Positions 51,625 through 63,008 of a stretch of DNA of 64,000 nt are shown piece by piece. This stretch comes from an uncultured Aliarcobacter sp. GTDB taxonomy: Bacteria; Campylobacterota; Campylobacteria; Campylobacterales; Arcobacteraceae. The stretch covers positions 512,001 through 576,000 of the forward strand of contig OY781945.1 of assembly GCA_963677435.1 (NCBI GenBank). Direction: 5' to 3'. Below the pieces are notes generated by a model that had not been told where the DNA came from, did no database searches, and was given only the letters and a program-made list of their open reading frames with translations. Within the stretch, counting starts at the first letter, position 1; each line of letters begins with the position of its first letter. The position numbers and the translations under genes are program-made.

Positions 51625-51767
51625 AAAAATAATTCTAAGAAAGGAGTGTTGCTTTAATAAAAAAACGGTTCAGAATTATAATGATTATATGTATTAATTA
51701 TTGTAATTTTATACACAGGTGACGATTTCGTTTAGTTTTTAAAGATTTAATTTTGAAAGGATTACAG

Positions 51768-52556
51768 ATGAACAACCTAATTGAAGGTTATTTAGGTGAG
51801 ACTGTTGATGGAAAGAAAAGTAGAGTTCCAGCTAAGATAGATTATGTACAAAGTGCTACAGGATTAATTTTAGGTTTATTTATGTGGGGACACATGCTTT
51901 TTGTATCAACAATTTTGATTAGTAAAGATTTTATGTATGGTGTAACAAAGTTTTTTGAAGCGGACTTTTTATTTGATGGTGGTAAACCGATTATTGTTTC
52001 ATTAATTGCAATGGCTATATTTATTATATTTATTGTCCATGCTGCACTTGGAATGAGAAAACTTCCAAGCAATTTTAAACAATATCAAGTTATGAAAGCA
52101 CACTCTGAACATATGGAACATGAAGATACAAAACTTTGGTTTATTCAAGCCTTTACAGGTTTTGCAATGTTCTTTTTGGGTTCGGTTCATTTATATATTA
52201 TTATGACTCATTCAGATGCAATCGGACCATATGCAAGTGCTGATAGAGTTTGGTCTGAATATATGTGGCCTTTATATATTCTTTTATTGTTAGCTGTTGA
52301 ATTCCATGGAACAATTGGTTTATATAGATTATGTGTTAAATGGGGTTGGTTTGATGGTGAAAATCCAAAAGCTACAAGAGTAAAACTTAAAAAAATTAAA
52401 AAAGCATTAACTTGGTTCTTTTTAATTTTAGGATTTACAACATTATTAGCTTATATGAAAATAGGTTACGAACACTCTGATAAAGTTGGTGAAAAATATA
52501 CTCCAACAGCATGTCTAGAATATAAAATTAGTGTAAAAGGAGTTACTCAATGTTAA
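51768..52556 (+). CDS. frdC: Quinol:fumarate reductase diheme cytochrome b subunit
   Basis: [40 protein letters not shown] (Wolinella-type). Confidence 0.93.
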   Translation: MNNLIEGYLGETVDGKKSRVPAKIDYVQSATGLILGLFMWGHMLFVSTILISKDFMYGVTKFFEADFLFDGGKPIIVSLIAMAIFIIFIVHAALGMRKLPSNFKQYQVMKAHSEHMEHEDTKLWFIQAFTGFAMFFLGSVHLYIIMTHSDAIGPYASADRVWSEYMWPLYILLLLAVEFHGTIGLYRLCVKWGWFDGENPKATRVKLKKIKKALTWFFLILGFTTLLAYMKIGYEHSDKVGEKYTPTACLEYKISVKGVTQC

Positions 52557-54535
52557 TTAATTATTGTGACGCATTAGTAATTGGTGGAGGACTTGCAGGT
52601 TTAAGAGCTGCAGTTGCTGCACAGAAAAAAGGTTTAAGTACAACTGTTTTATCTTTAGTTCCTGTAAAAAGATCACATAGTGCTGCTGCACAAGGTGGTA
52701 TGCAAGCATCTTTGGGTAATGCAAAAATGTCAGATGGGGATAATGAAGATTTACACTTCTCAGATACTGTAAAAGGTTCAGATTGGGGATGTGATCAAGT
52801 TGTTGCCCGAATGTTCGTACATACTGCACCAAAAGCAATTAGAGAATTAGCTGGTTGGGGTGTGCCTTGGTCAAGAGTAAGAAAAGGTGCCCATGAAGCT
52901 GTAATTAATGCTAAAAAAACAACAATTACAGAAGAAGCAGATAGAGATGGCTTAATTACATCAAGAGATTTTGGTGGAACTAAAAAATGGAGAACTTGTT
53001 ATACAGCAGATGCAACTGGACATACTATGTTATTTGGTGTTGCAAATGAAGCTTTAAGACATAATGTTGATATAAGAGATAGAAAAGAAGCTATTAATCT
53101 TATCCATGAAAACAACAGATGTTACGGAGCAGTTGTTAGAGATTTAATTACAGGTGAATTAGAAGCTTATGTTGCAAAAGGTACATGTATCGCAACTGGT
53201 GGATATGGAAGAGTATTTAAACAAACTACAAATGCTGTTATTTGTGATGGAGTTGGAGCTGCAATTGCTTTAGAAACAGGTGTAGCAATACTTGGAAATA
53301 TGGAAGCTGTTCAATTTCACCCAACACCAATCGTACCATCAGGTATTTTATTAACTGAAGGTTGTAGAGGAGATGGTGGAATCTTAAGAGATGTTGATGG
53401 TCACAGATTTATGCCAGATTATGAGCCAGAGAAAAAAGAATTAGCTTCAAGAGATGTTGTTTCAAGAAGAATGATTGAACATATTAGAAATGGGAAAGGT
53501 GTTCCATCTCCATATGGTCAGCACCTTTGGCTTGATATTTCAATTCTTGGTCGTGAGCATATTGAGAAAAATCTAAGAGATGTACAAGAAATTTGTCAAA
53601 TTTTCAACGGTATTGATCCAGCTGATGAGGGTAAAAAAGGATGGGCACCAGTTCTTCCGATGCAACACTACTCAATGGGTGGAATTAGAACAAAACCAAC
53701 TGGTGAATCACAAACTTTAAATGGTTTATTTGCTTGTGGTGAAGCTTCTTGTTGGGATATGCATGGATTTAATAGACTTGGAGGAAACAGTGTTTCTGAA
53801 ACAGTTGTTGCAGGTATGATTGTTGGGAATTATTTTGCTGATTATTGTTTGGCTAATGAAATTAATATCTCAACTGCAACAGTAAGAAAATTTCTAGAAG
53901 CACAAGATAAATATTTAGATGATATTTTAGCCTATGAGGGTAATGAAGATATTTTCAAAATCAAAAACAGAATGCAGAACTTAATGGATGAAAAAGTTGG
54001 TATTTTTAGAAATGGAAAATATTTAGCTGAAGCAGTTGAAGAATTAAAACAATTACTTAACAAAACAAAACATATCAATGTTAAATCAAAAGAAAGAGCT
54101 GGGAATCCAGAACTTGAAGAAGCATATAGAGTTCCAAAAATGCTTAAAATTGCCCTTTGCGTGGCAAAAGGTGCAAGGGACAGAACAGAATCAAGAGGTG
54201 CTCACTATAGAGAAGACTTCTTAAAAAGAGATGATGCAAATTGGTTAAATAGAACTATTAGTTCTTGGGCAAATCCAGATGATTTAGAGCCAACTATATA
54301 TTATGAAAAAATTGACATTATGAGCATGGAATTACCTCCAGCATTTAGAGGATATGGTGCAAAAGGGATGATTATAGAAAATGAATTATCTGAAATTAGA
54401 CAAGCACAAGTTGATGAGGTAACTGAAAAAATGAAAGCTGAAGGTAAAGATAGACATGAAATTCAACATGCATTAATGCCATTTGATTTACCAATGAACT
54501 ATAGAGAGAAAAACGAAAGAGCAGGAGATTTATAA
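52550..54535 (+). CDS. frdA: Fumarate reductase flavoprotein
   Basis: [37 protein letters not shown]. Confidence 0.96.
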   Translation: MLINYCDALVIGGGLAGLRAAVAAQKKGLSTTVLSLVPVKRSHSAAAQGGMQASLGNAKMSDGDNEDLHFSDTVKGSDWGCDQVVARMFVHTAPKAIRELAGWGVPWSRVRKGAHEAVINAKKTTITEEADRDGLITSRDFGGTKKWRTCYTADATGHTMLFGVANEALRHNVDIRDRKEAINLIHENNRCYGAVVRDLITGELEAYVAKGTCIATGGYGRVFKQTTNAVICDGVGAAIALETGVAILGNMEAVQFHPTPIVPSGILLTEGCRGDGGILRDVDGHRFMPDYEPEKKELASRDVVSRRMIEHIRNGKGVPSPYGQHLWLDISILGREHIEKNLRDVQEICQIFNGIDPADEGKKGWAPVLPMQHYSMGGIRTKPTGESQTLNGLFACGEASCWDMHGFNRLGGNSVSETVVAGMIVGNYFADYCLANEINISTATVRKFLEAQDKYLDDILAYEGNEDIFKIKNRMQNLMDEKVGIFRNGKYLAEAVEELKQLLNKTKHINVKSKERAGNPELEEAYRVPKMLKIALCVAKGARDRTESRGAHYREDFLKRDDANWLNRTISSWANPDDLEPTIYYEKIDIMSMELPPAFRGYGAKGMIIENELSEIRQAQVDEVTEKMKAEGKDRHEIQHALMPFDLPMNYREKNERAGDL

Positions 54536-55266
54536 TGAGTATCGAAAAAGGTAGAGATATTACAATATCAGTTTTAAAATTCAATCCAAGAAGTAAGGTT
54601 TCTAAACCTCACTTTGTTGATTATCATTTAGAAGAGACTCCAGGGATGACATTATTTATTGCACTTACAAAGATTAGAGAAGAAAAAGATGCAGATTTAT
54701 CTTTTGACTTTGTTTGTCGTGCTGGAATTTGTGGAAGTTGTGGAATGGTTGTAAATGGTAAACCAACTCTTGCTTGTAGAACATTAATTGCTAATTACCC
54801 AAGTGGAAAATTACAATTAATGCCAATGCCAGCATTTGAATTAATCAAAGATTTATCTGTAAATACTGGTAAATGGATGGATAGTATGTCTAAAAGAGTT
54901 GAATCATGGATTCATAATGACCATGAAGTTGACATTTCTAAATTAGAAGATAAAATCAATCCCGATTTAGCTGATGAAACATTTGAATTAGATAGATGTA
55001 TTGAATGTGGTATTTGTGTTGCTTCTTGTGGAACAGCATTAATGAGACCAGATTTCGTGGGACCAGTTGGACTTAATAGAGTAGCAAGATTTGAAGTAGA
55101 TCCACATGATAAAAGAACTGCTGAGGATTTTTATGAATTAATTGGTGATGATAATGGAATATTTGGTTGTATGTCTTTAATGGCGTGTGAAGACCATTGT
55201 CCAAAACATTTACCATTACAAAATAAAATTGCTTACCTAAGAAGAAAACTAGTTGCGCTAAGATAG
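54535..55266 (+). CDS. frdB: Fumarate reductase iron-sulfur subunit
   Basis: [32 protein letters not shown]. Confidence 0.96.
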   Translation: MSIEKGRDITISVLKFNPRSKVSKPHFVDYHLEETPGMTLFIALTKIREEKDADLSFDFVCRAGICGSCGMVVNGKPTLACRTLIANYPSGKLQLMPMPAFELIKDLSVNTGKWMDSMSKRVESWIHNDHEVDISKLEDKINPDLADETFELDRCIECGICVASCGTALMRPDFVGPVGLNRVARFEVDPHDKRTAEDFYELIGDDNGIFGCMSLMACEDHCPKHLPLQNKIAYLRRKLVALR

Positions 55267-55299
55267 AAGAGTCAAATATTTTTATATAAGGAATAAAAA

Positions 55300-56790
55300 A
55301 TGAAAGTAATTAAAGAACAAGATATTGTAGATAGTATTGCTGATGCCTGTCAGTATATTTCATATTTTCATCCAGAAGATTTTGTAAAAGGTATGGTTGA
55401 AGCTTATGAAAAAGAAAAAGGTGAAGCTGCTAAAAATGCAATAGGTCAAATATTAATTAATTCAAAAATGTGCGCAATGGGTCATAGACCTTTATGTCAA
55501 GATACAGGAAGTGTTAATATTTTTGTAAAAGTTGGATTAAATGCTCCTTTAGATATTGAAAAAGAGTTAGTAGATTTATTAAATGAAGGTGTTGCAAAAG
55601 GATATACAGATCCTGATAACACTTTAAGATATTCAGTAGTTTCTGATCCTGCTGGAAAAAGAATAAATACAAAAAATAATACACCAGCTGTTATTCATGT
55701 AACTGTAGATAATTCAGATGAAATAGATATCACAGTTGCAGCAAAAGGTGGAGGAAGTGAAAACAAATCTAAATTTGCTGTATTAAATCCAAGTGATTCA
55801 GTTTATGATTGGGTTATGGAAAATGTGAGACACATGGGAGCTGGATGGTGTCCTCCTGGAATTTTAGGTATTGGAATTGGTGGAAATCCAGAAAAATCTA
55901 TGCTATTAGCAAAAGAGTCTTTGATGAGTCATGTTGATATTCATGAACTTCAAGAAAGAGGGGCACAAAATGCTTTAGAAGAGTTAAGATTAAAACTTTA
56001 TGAAGATATTAATAAAATAGGTATTGGAGCACAAGGACTAGGAGGATTAACTACAGTTTTAGATGTTAAAATTTTAGATTATCCTTGCCATGCTGCTTCA
56101 CTTCCAGTTGCTATGATTCCTAACTGTGCAGCAACTAGACATATTCACTTTAAATTAACAGGTGATGGACCAGCTTTATTTAAAAAACCAGACTTAGACC
56201 TTTGGCCAGATATTGAACTTCCAATGGATACTATTAAAAGAGTAAATATTGATGACTTAACAAAAGAGAATTTATCTCAATTTAAATCAGGTGATACTCT
56301 ATTATTATCAGGGAAAATTTTAACTGCTAGAGATGCTGCTCATAAAAAAATTGTTGAGTACAAAAATGCAAATAAACCTCTTCCTAATGGAGTTGAATTA
56401 AAAGATAGATTTATTTATTATGTGGGACCTGTTGATCCTGTTCGTGATGAAGCAGTAGGACCAGCAGGTCCAACAACATCTACTAGAATGGATAAATTCA
56501 CAAAAGACATGATGGAAATTGGAATCATGGGAATGATTGGAAAAGCTGAAAGAAAACAACCAACTATTGATTTAATAAAAGAGTATAAATCTATTTATTT
56601 AATTGCAACAGGAGGTGCAGCTTACTTAATTTCTCAATCAATCAAATCTGCAAAAGTTCTAGCTTTTGAAGAACTTGGTATGGAAGCTATATATGAATTT
56701 GAAGTAAAAGATATGCCAGTTACTGTTGCTGTTGACACAGAAGGTGTCTCTATTCATACTACTGGTCCTGCTAAATGGAGAACTATTTAA
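55300..56790 (+). CDS. Class I Fe-S fumarate hydratase (fused)
   Basis: RPLCQDTG, KGGGSEN, GAGWCPP, CAATRH, GPTTSTRM. Confidence 0.92.
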   Translation: MKVIKEQDIVDSIADACQYISYFHPEDFVKGMVEAYEKEKGEAAKNAIGQILINSKMCAMGHRPLCQDTGSVNIFVKVGLNAPLDIEKELVDLLNEGVAKGYTDPDNTLRYSVVSDPAGKRINTKNNTPAVIHVTVDNSDEIDITVAAKGGGSENKSKFAVLNPSDSVYDWVMENVRHMGAGWCPPGILGIGIGGNPEKSMLLAKESLMSHVDIHELQERGAQNALEELRLKLYEDINKIGIGAQGLGGLTTVLDVKILDYPCHAASLPVAMIPNCAATRHIHFKLTGDGPALFKKPDLDLWPDIELPMDTIKRVNIDDLTKENLSQFKSGDTLLLSGKILTARDAAHKKIVEYKNANKPLPNGVELKDRFIYYVGPVDPVRDEAVGPAGPTTSTRMDKFTKDMMEIGIMGMIGKAERKQPTIDLIKEYKSIYLIATGGAAYLISQSIKSAKVLAFEELGMEAIYEFEVKDMPVTVAVDTEGVSIHTTGPAKWRTI

Positions 56791-56798
56791 TCAATTTG

Positions 56799-56834
56799 TA
56801 AAAACACAAAGAATTAGGATTCTTTGTGTTTTTA
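56799..56834 (+). terminator. Intrinsic terminator after fumarase
   Basis: TAAAAACACAAAGAAT-TAGG-ATTCTTTGTGTTTTTA, 16-bp perfect inverted repeat. Confidence 0.85.
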
Positions 56835-56903
56835 AGGAAAAAGTCTCATTTATATCCCATTGGTGGGTTTATAATTTGATATAATAAACAAAAAGGAGAC
56901 ATT

Positions 56904-58310
56904 ATGTCACAATTGGTTAAATATATTATCCCCGTTGCGGTGTTGATAATATTCTGGTTCTTACCAGCACCAGAAGGTTTAAGTGCTGATGCATGGCATT
57001 TTCTTGCTATATTCTTTGCAGTAGTTGTAGGGCTTGTAATTGAGCCAGTTCCAGCTGCATTAATAGGTATGGTGGGGATTTCGCTAACTGCTGTTTTAGG
57101 TTTGATGGGTGCTTCATCAAAAGATAACATTACTTGGGCTTTATCAGGATTTTCTAATACTGTAATTTGGCTTATCTTTGCAGCATTTATGTTTGCATTA
57201 GGATACAAAAAAACTGGTTTAGGAAGAAGAATTTCTCTTATTATGATTAAATATATGGGAAAAAGTTCACTTGGTCTTGGTTATGCGGTTGCTTTCTCAG
57301 ATTTAATTTTAGCACCATTTATGCCATCAAATACTGCAAGAAGTGCGGGAACTATTTTCCCAATTGCGAGTAATATTCCTTTAATTTTTGATTCAACTCC
57401 TGATCATGACCCTAGAAAATTAGGTTCATATATTTCATGGGTAGCTATTGCAATTACTTGTGTTACAAGCTCTATGTTCTTAACAGCACTTGCACCTAAC
57501 TTACTAGCAGTTGATTTAATTGCAAAAGGTACAGGACATGTTGTTTCTTGGTCTGCATGGGCAAGTATTATGTTACCGTTAATGATTCCATTATTTTTAT
57601 TAACTCCTTGGTTAGTATATGTTGTGTATCCACCAACTCAAAAAAAATCTCCTGAAGCTCCAGCTTGGGCAGCAGAAGAGTTAAAAAAATTAGGATCAGT
57701 TACTGCAAAAGAATATTTAATGGCAGGACTTGCAATATTAGCTTTAGTTCTTTGGATATTTGGAAAATCATTTAGCATAGATTCAACTACAGCTGCAATT
57801 ACTATTGTATGTATAATGGTTCTTGCAAACATAATTTCTTGGGATGATGTTATTTCAAATAAAGCTGCATTCAATGTACTTATTTGGTTTGCTTCGTTAG
57901 TTGCAATGGCATCTGGACTTAAAAAAGTAGGTGTATTAACTTGGGTTGGAAATACAGCTGAACCATATTTAATGAATATGACACCAACAGCTTTAATTAT
58001 ATCTATGTTAGTTCTGTTCTTTGTTATACATTATTTCTTTGCAAGTTCAACTGCTCATACAACAGCATTGATGCCAATTTTCTTAGCAATTGCCGTAAAA
58101 CTTTTAACACCAGAACAAGTAATACCATTTAGTATTCTTCTTGCAGGTAGTTTAGGGGTAATGGGAATTATAACTCCTTATGCAACAGGACCTTCTCCAA
58201 TTTGGTATGGTGCAGGATATATTTCACAAGGTAGATGGTGGTTCCTTGGACTAATCTTTGGAGCTATATATTTAGCGGCTATAATTATAGGTTCGTTAAT
58301 CTTTATATAA
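56904..58310 (+). CDS. DASS family di/tricarboxylate transporter (CitT/TtdT-like antiporter)
   Basis: KTGLGRRI, PSNTARSAG, SSMFLTALAPN, HYFFAS.TAH, TPYATGPSP. Confidence 0.9.
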   Translation: MSQLVKYIIPVAVLIIFWFLPAPEGLSADAWHFLAIFFAVVVGLVIEPVPAALIGMVGISLTAVLGLMGASSKDNITWALSGFSNTVIWLIFAAFMFALGYKKTGLGRRISLIMIKYMGKSSLGLGYAVAFSDLILAPFMPSNTARSAGTIFPIASNIPLIFDSTPDHDPRKLGSYISWVAIAITCVTSSMFLTALAPNLLAVDLIAKGTGHVVSWSAWASIMLPLMIPLFLLTPWLVYVVYPPTQKKSPEAPAWAAEELKKLGSVTAKEYLMAGLAILALVLWIFGKSFSIDSTTAAITIVCIMVLANIISWDDVISNKAAFNVLIWFASLVAMASGLKKVGVLTWVGNTAEPYLMNMTPTALIISMLVLFFVIHYFFASSTAHTTALMPIFLAIAVKLLTPEQVIPFSILLAGSLGVMGIITPYATGPSPIWYGAGYISQGRWWFLGLIFGAIYLAAIIIGSLIFI

Positions 58311-58332
58311 CAAGTGTTTATAAACTTTTAAT

Positions 58333-58374
58333 AAAAGCAAGATAGGATTCTCTCCCCTGTCTTGCTTTTTTTTT
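58333..58374 (+). terminator. Intrinsic terminator after the DASS gene
   Basis: AAAAGCAAGATAGG...CCTGTCTTGCTTTT followed by a U-run. Confidence 0.85.
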
Positions 58375-58431
58375 AATCTCTCAATAAAAAATCTGCTAAA
58401 ATTACATTAAATCAACTTTGAAATGGACTAA

Positions 58432-60609
58432 ATGAAATTAATTATATTTTTTATGCTATTTATATCTTCCATATATGGCTCATCTAATAATGAAATACTT
58501 CTTTTACATTCATATAATAATGGACTAAAATGGAGTGATAATATTACAAAAGGTATTCAAGATGTTTTAGATAAATATCCTGAGTATGAATTAACTATTG
58601 AAAGTATGGATAGTAAAAAAATTGATACAAATGAGTATTTTGATGATCTATTATCTTTATATAGAAAGAAATTTTCTAATAGAAAATATGCTGTAGTTAT
58701 GACAGCAGATAATTATGCTTTTGAGTTTGCATTAGCACATCATGAAGATATTTTTAATAATTCCCCAATAGTATTTTGTGGAGTTGAAAATTTTTATGAT
58801 ATTATTATTCCAACTAATTTGAAAAAATATGTAACAGGTGTTGTTGAATATAAAGAAATTGAAAAGAATATAAATCTTATTAATAAAACAATCAAAAATT
58901 TAAATACTTTATATATTGTAAGTGATGATTCTTTTTCTTCCTTAGCTATAAAAAATCAAATTTTAGATGGTATTCATAAGTTTGAAAAGAAGTTCAAAAT
59001 TATTTTTGATAATCAAATTGATATAGATACAATTAGCGAAAAAATAAATTCACTTCCTGCAAACAGTGCAGTATTATTTACAAGTTTATATACTGATAAA
59101 AATAAAAAATATATACCATATAGTCAATTACGAACATTCTTCAAATCATCAAAATATCCAGTTTTTGTAATAAATAAGATACATCTAAATGAAGGTGTTG
59201 TTGGGGGAATTGTTGTTGACCCTTTCGAGCAAGGTGTTTTAGCAGCACAAAAAACCATAGAAGTTTTAGAGGGGAAAGAGCCTTCTTTAATACCAATTAG
59301 TAAACCAGTTTCAAAGTATTATTTTGACTACAATGTCTTAGAAAAATTTAATTTAGATTATTCAACAATTCCTTTTTTAGCTACTATTATTAATAAACCA
59401 AAAAATTTCTTTGAAAAAAATCGAGAATTTATTGATAGTACATTTATTTTAATACCTTTATTTATACTTTTAATTATTGGACTTATTGTTAATATAACAA
59501 GAAGAATAAGATTAGAAATAAAACTAGTTGAGCAAAATAAGCTAGATAGCGTTTTACTTAATAACATTAAAGGTGCAGTTTATTGGAAAAGTAATGAAAA
59601 TAAAATTTTAGGTTGTAATGACTCTTTATGTAGATTATTAAATTTATCAAGGGAAGATATTATTGGATATGACATAAAAAAAGTCATACCTGAACTTTTT
59701 GATAATGTAGAGAATGAGAGTGAATTTATAGAAGAGATAGAGAAAACTTTAAATTTTAAACATAGAAAAGTTGATGCTTTAATAAGAAGAAGAAAATATT
59801 TTAATAAAAATAACGAAGAAGCAGGCGTAGTTACAATTATTTCAGATTTAACCCAACTGAAAAAATTAGAAAATCAAAGAAAAAAAGATGAACAGTTTAT
59901 AATACAACGGTCAAAACTATCTGAAATTGGAGAGATGATGACTTCAATTGCTCACCAATGGAAAGCACCATTAATTGAAATTTCTACAATCGCACAAGAG
60001 TTATTATATAAAAGAAGTAAAAAAGAGTTCACAAAAGTAGATAGTCAAGAGTTTGTTAATGAAATAATGACACAAGTTCAATATATGACAAAAACAATAG
60101 ATGATTTTAGAAGTTTTATCAAACCCTCTTTAATAAAAAGTGAATTTGATGTAAATTCAGCAATGGATGAACTTTTAAGAGTTGTTGAACATAACATAAA
60201 ATATAACTATATTAAAATTGAAGTAAATTATGAAGATAATAAAAGATTTAATATTTATGGTTATCCAAATGAGTTTAAACAAACAATATTAAGTATTATA
60301 AATAATAGTAGAGATAGTATTTTAAAAAGAAGACAAACAGAAGAGTTTGAGGGATTAATAACTATTGATATTAATTCACAAGATAATAAAACAATATTAA
60401 GTATAAAAGATAATGGTATTGGAATTAAAGAAGAAAATTTAGAAAGGATTTTTGAACCATTTTTTACAAGTAAAAAAAATGGTGATGGATTTGGATTATA
60501 CATGGTGAAATTAATAATCGAAGATAAGATGAATGGCAAAATAGAAGCTATAAGATGTCATACTGGCGCAAATATTTTAATATCTCTTGTAAATAAGGTT
60601 GAAAGTTAA
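58432..60609 (+). CDS. Sensor histidine kinase with periplasmic binding-protein-like domain and PAS
   Basis: LLLHSY...KWSD, TGVVE, one internal TM, AHQWKAPL, FEPFFTSK.GDGFGLY. Confidence 0.88.
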   Translation: MKLIIFFMLFISSIYGSSNNEILLLHSYNNGLKWSDNITKGIQDVLDKYPEYELTIESMDSKKIDTNEYFDDLLSLYRKKFSNRKYAVVMTADNYAFEFALAHHEDIFNNSPIVFCGVENFYDIIIPTNLKKYVTGVVEYKEIEKNINLINKTIKNLNTLYIVSDDSFSSLAIKNQILDGIHKFEKKFKIIFDNQIDIDTISEKINSLPANSAVLFTSLYTDKNKKYIPYSQLRTFFKSSKYPVFVINKIHLNEGVVGGIVVDPFEQGVLAAQKTIEVLEGKEPSLIPISKPVSKYYFDYNVLEKFNLDYSTIPFLATIINKPKNFFEKNREFIDSTFILIPLFILLIIGLIVNITRRIRLEIKLVEQNKLDSVLLNNIKGAVYWKSNENKILGCNDSLCRLLNLSREDIIGYDIKKVIPELFDNVENESEFIEEIEKTLNFKHRKVDALIRRRKYFNKNNEEAGVVTIISDLTQLKKLENQRKKDEQFIIQRSKLSEIGEMMTSIAHQWKAPLIEISTIAQELLYKRSKKEFTKVDSQEFVNEIMTQVQYMTKTIDDFRSFIKPSLIKSEFDVNSAMDELLRVVEHNIKYNYIKIEVNYEDNKRFNIYGYPNEFKQTILSIINNSRDSILKRRQTEEFEGLITIDINSQDNKTILSIKDNGIGIKEENLERIFEPFFTSKKNGDGFGLYMVKLIIEDKMNGKIEAIRCHTGANILISLVNKVES

Positions 60610-60610
60610 T

Positions 60611-61270
60611 ATGAAAATATTGTTGTTAGAAGATAATAAAAGATTATCAAGTTTAATTATAGAAGCACTTGAAGAGAAGAATTATAAGGTTGATTGGTTT
60701 GACGATGGTAAGAAAGCATTAGAATCTATTTATAATGGATACGATTGTTTTGTACTTGATATAAATGTTCCTGGAATTGATGGTTTAAGTTTACTAGAAC
60801 AATTAAGAGTTATGGATACAAAAACTCCAGCTATTGTAATTAGTGCAAATGTTGAACTTGAAACTATCAAAGAAGCTTATGTAAAAGGTTGCGATGAATA
60901 TTTAAAAAAACCTTTTTACATTTATGAATTAGAGTTGAAGTTAGATAAATTATGTAAAAAAAATGATGAGAGTTTAAAACTTCCAAATAATTATATTTAT
61001 GATATTGATAAGGAAAAATTATTTGATGAAAATGGTGAAGAGGTAAAACTAGCAAAAAAAGAGATTCTACTTTTTAATTTATTCTCAAAAAATTTAGAAA
61101 AAATAATTACTTTTGAACAAATAGAACAATATGTTTGGGCAGGTGATTTAACTACAAATGAAAATATACGAGCATTAATCAAAAGATTAAGAAAAAAACT
61201 TCCAGATGAGACTATAGTTTCTCAAGGTGGAATGGGATATGTATTAAATATAAATAGAAAGTTTAATTAA
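60611..61270 (+). CDS. OmpR-family response regulator
   Basis: ILLLED, LDINVPGIDG, KKPF, IRALIKRLRKK, GMGY. Confidence 0.9.
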   Translation: MKILLLEDNKRLSSLIIEALEEKNYKVDWFDDGKKALESIYNGYDCFVLDINVPGIDGLSLLEQLRVMDTKTPAIVISANVELETIKEAYVKGCDEYLKKPFYIYELELKLDKLCKKNDESLKLPNNYIYDIDKEKLFDENGEEVKLAKKEILLFNLFSKNLEKIITFEQIEQYVWAGDLTTNENIRALIKRLRKKLPDETIVSQGGMGYVLNINRKFN

Positions 61271-61340
61271 TAAAATAGATAAAACTAGGACTTTATATAA
61301 GATTTGTTATACTTCTTAAAAATTACAAAAAAGGGTTCAA

Positions 61341-62405
61341 ATGAACTTTGAAACGATTTTAGGAAGCGTAGATTTTTTAGAGTTTCTAAGAGGTAAAAAA
61401 GCTACATTTTTATTAAGTGCAAGTGTTACAAAAACTTGCGAAATCCCCAATATTTCCCAAGCAGGAATTCCTGGAAAACTATATTTAACACCAACTTTAG
61501 ATGCTGAGTTTTTATGTACTAAACAAGTACGCTCAATGCCAGATATTGCCCAAACTCCAAAGGGTGTTCCTACACCTGCACTAATTACAAGAGCAGTACA
61601 TGAATTAAAATCTTATTCAAATATAGAAGTATTAAATTTAGGTTTAGATGTTCTACCTCAAATTAATTATTTCAAGATTCATAACTTTAATATAAAACCT
61701 AGTGAAAGAATTGATGATGGAGCAAAAATACCTGCCTTAGAAGTTTTTCAAAAAGGTATTGAGTTTGGTCAATCTTATCAAACTTCTGATGATTATGTGA
61801 TTTTAGCTGAATCAATTCCAGCAGGAACAACAACAGCAAATGCAACTGCAAAAGCTTTAAGTTATGAGTGTGAGGGATATTTTTCAAGTTCATATAAAGA
61901 TAATCCAAGTGATATAAAAAATCAAACAATAGAAAAAGCTTTAAAAAGAGTTGATTTAAATGCAGATTTATTTGAGATTCTTTCAAGTGTAAGTGATAAT
62001 ATGATTATTTTTAATGCTGGATTTATACTTGGAAGTAGGGCAAATAATCTAAAAATTGTACTTGCTGGTGGAACTCAAATGGCTGCTGTTTTACTTGTAG
62101 TGAATTCAGTTTTAAGAAGTATGGAGGGTGTAATCGACTCTTCAAATCTTGCACTAACTACTACAAAATGGATAAATAAAGATGAAAATTCAAATATCAA
62201 AGCACTTTTAGAGCAACTTGATTTTCCTATAAATGCCTATGCAAGTGATTTTGATTTTAGTGAATCTTCTCATCCAGCACTTAAACTTTATGACCAAGGT
62301 GAGGCAAAAGAGGGTGTTGGTTGTGGTGGTGCTTTATGTTATGCAACAATCAATGGTATAACAAAAGAAGAATTAACAAAAAAAATCGAAAGTTTTTTAG
62401 GATAA
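61341..62405 (+). CDS. cobT: NaMN:base phosphoribosyltransferase, archaeal/cyanobacterial-type CobT
   Basis: TPTLDAEF, TPALIT, LAESIPAGTTTA, LAGGTQMAAV, GEAKEGVGCGG. Confidence 0.82.
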   Translation: MNFETILGSVDFLEFLRGKKATFLLSASVTKTCEIPNISQAGIPGKLYLTPTLDAEFLCTKQVRSMPDIAQTPKGVPTPALITRAVHELKSYSNIEVLNLGLDVLPQINYFKIHNFNIKPSERIDDGAKIPALEVFQKGIEFGQSYQTSDDYVILAESIPAGTTTANATAKALSYECEGYFSSSYKDNPSDIKNQTIEKALKRVDLNADLFEILSSVSDNMIIFNAGFILGSRANNLKIVLAGGTQMAAVLLVVNSVLRSMEGVIDSSNLALTTTKWINKDENSNIKALLEQLDFPINAYASDFDFSESSHPALKLYDQGEAKEGVGCGGALCYATINGITKEELTKKIESFLG

Positions 62406-62408
62406 TTT

Positions 62409-63008
62409 ATGGATATATTTATTTCAACATTTTTAAAAATGTTTTTTATTATGACACCATTTTTTGTGTTGTCAGTTTTTTTAACAGTTACTCATGATGC
62501 AACATCAAAAGAGAGAAAAGCACTAGCTGTAAAAGTTACAATCTCAGTTATTGTTATGACTTTAGTTTTACTATTTTTTGGAAAACATATTTTTTCAGTA
62601 TTTGGAATAACTCTTGATGCTTTTAGAATAGGCGCTGGTTCATTACTATTTTTATCAGCAGTTGACTTAATCAAAGGAAACAAAGATAGTGGAAAAGTGG
62701 GAGATAAAGATATCTCTCAATTAGCAGTAGTTCCCCTTGCAATTCCAGTTACAATAGGACCTGGAACTATTGGTATTTTGCTTGTAATGGGAGCAACTTT
62801 TGAAGATACTTCTTCAATGATAATGGGAAGTTTAGCTCTTATATGTGCTGTTTTGGTAATTGGACTTATGCTTTATAGTTCAAGTATTATTGAAAAAATT
62901 GTTGGAAAACAAGGACTTTTAGTGATTTCAAAAATCACAGGTCTATTTTTAGCTGCACTTTCTGCTCAAATTGTATTTACTGGTATTAAAAACTTTTTGG
63001 CCTTATAA
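62409..63008 (+). CDS. marC: MarC family membrane protein
   Basis: FGITLDAFRIGAG, VPLAIPVTIGPGTI, KITGLFLAAL. Confidence 0.88.
   Translation: MDIFISTFLKMFFIMTPFFVLSVFLTVTHDATSKERKALAVKVTISVIVMTLVLLFFGKHIFSVFGITLDAFRIGAGSLLFLSAVDLIKGNKDSGKVGDKDISQLAVVPLAIPVTIGPGTIGILLVMGATFEDTSSMIMGSLALICAVLVIGLMLYSSSIIEKIVGKQGLLVISKITGLFLAALSAQIVFTGIKNFLAL

Noticed and set aside
51641..51657. Orphan AAGGAG followed by GTG/TTG-CTT-TAA after hydD (possible gene remnant or mini-ORF)
   Set aside because: Start codon spacing is wrong and only 2-3 codons follow; not supportable.
51676..51690. Fur-box-like TTATAATGATTATAT upstream of frdC
   Set aside because: A partial match in very AT-rich DNA that overlaps a plain TATAAT; cannot be distinguished from chance.
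3666..62683. Many short antisense or alternate-frame ORFs in the track (e.g. 3666-3938, 7132-7401, 27081-27476, 33999-34433, 43067-43291, 56846-57208)
   Set aside because: They lie wholly within or opposite well-supported genes, lack an RBS and show shadow-ORF composition.
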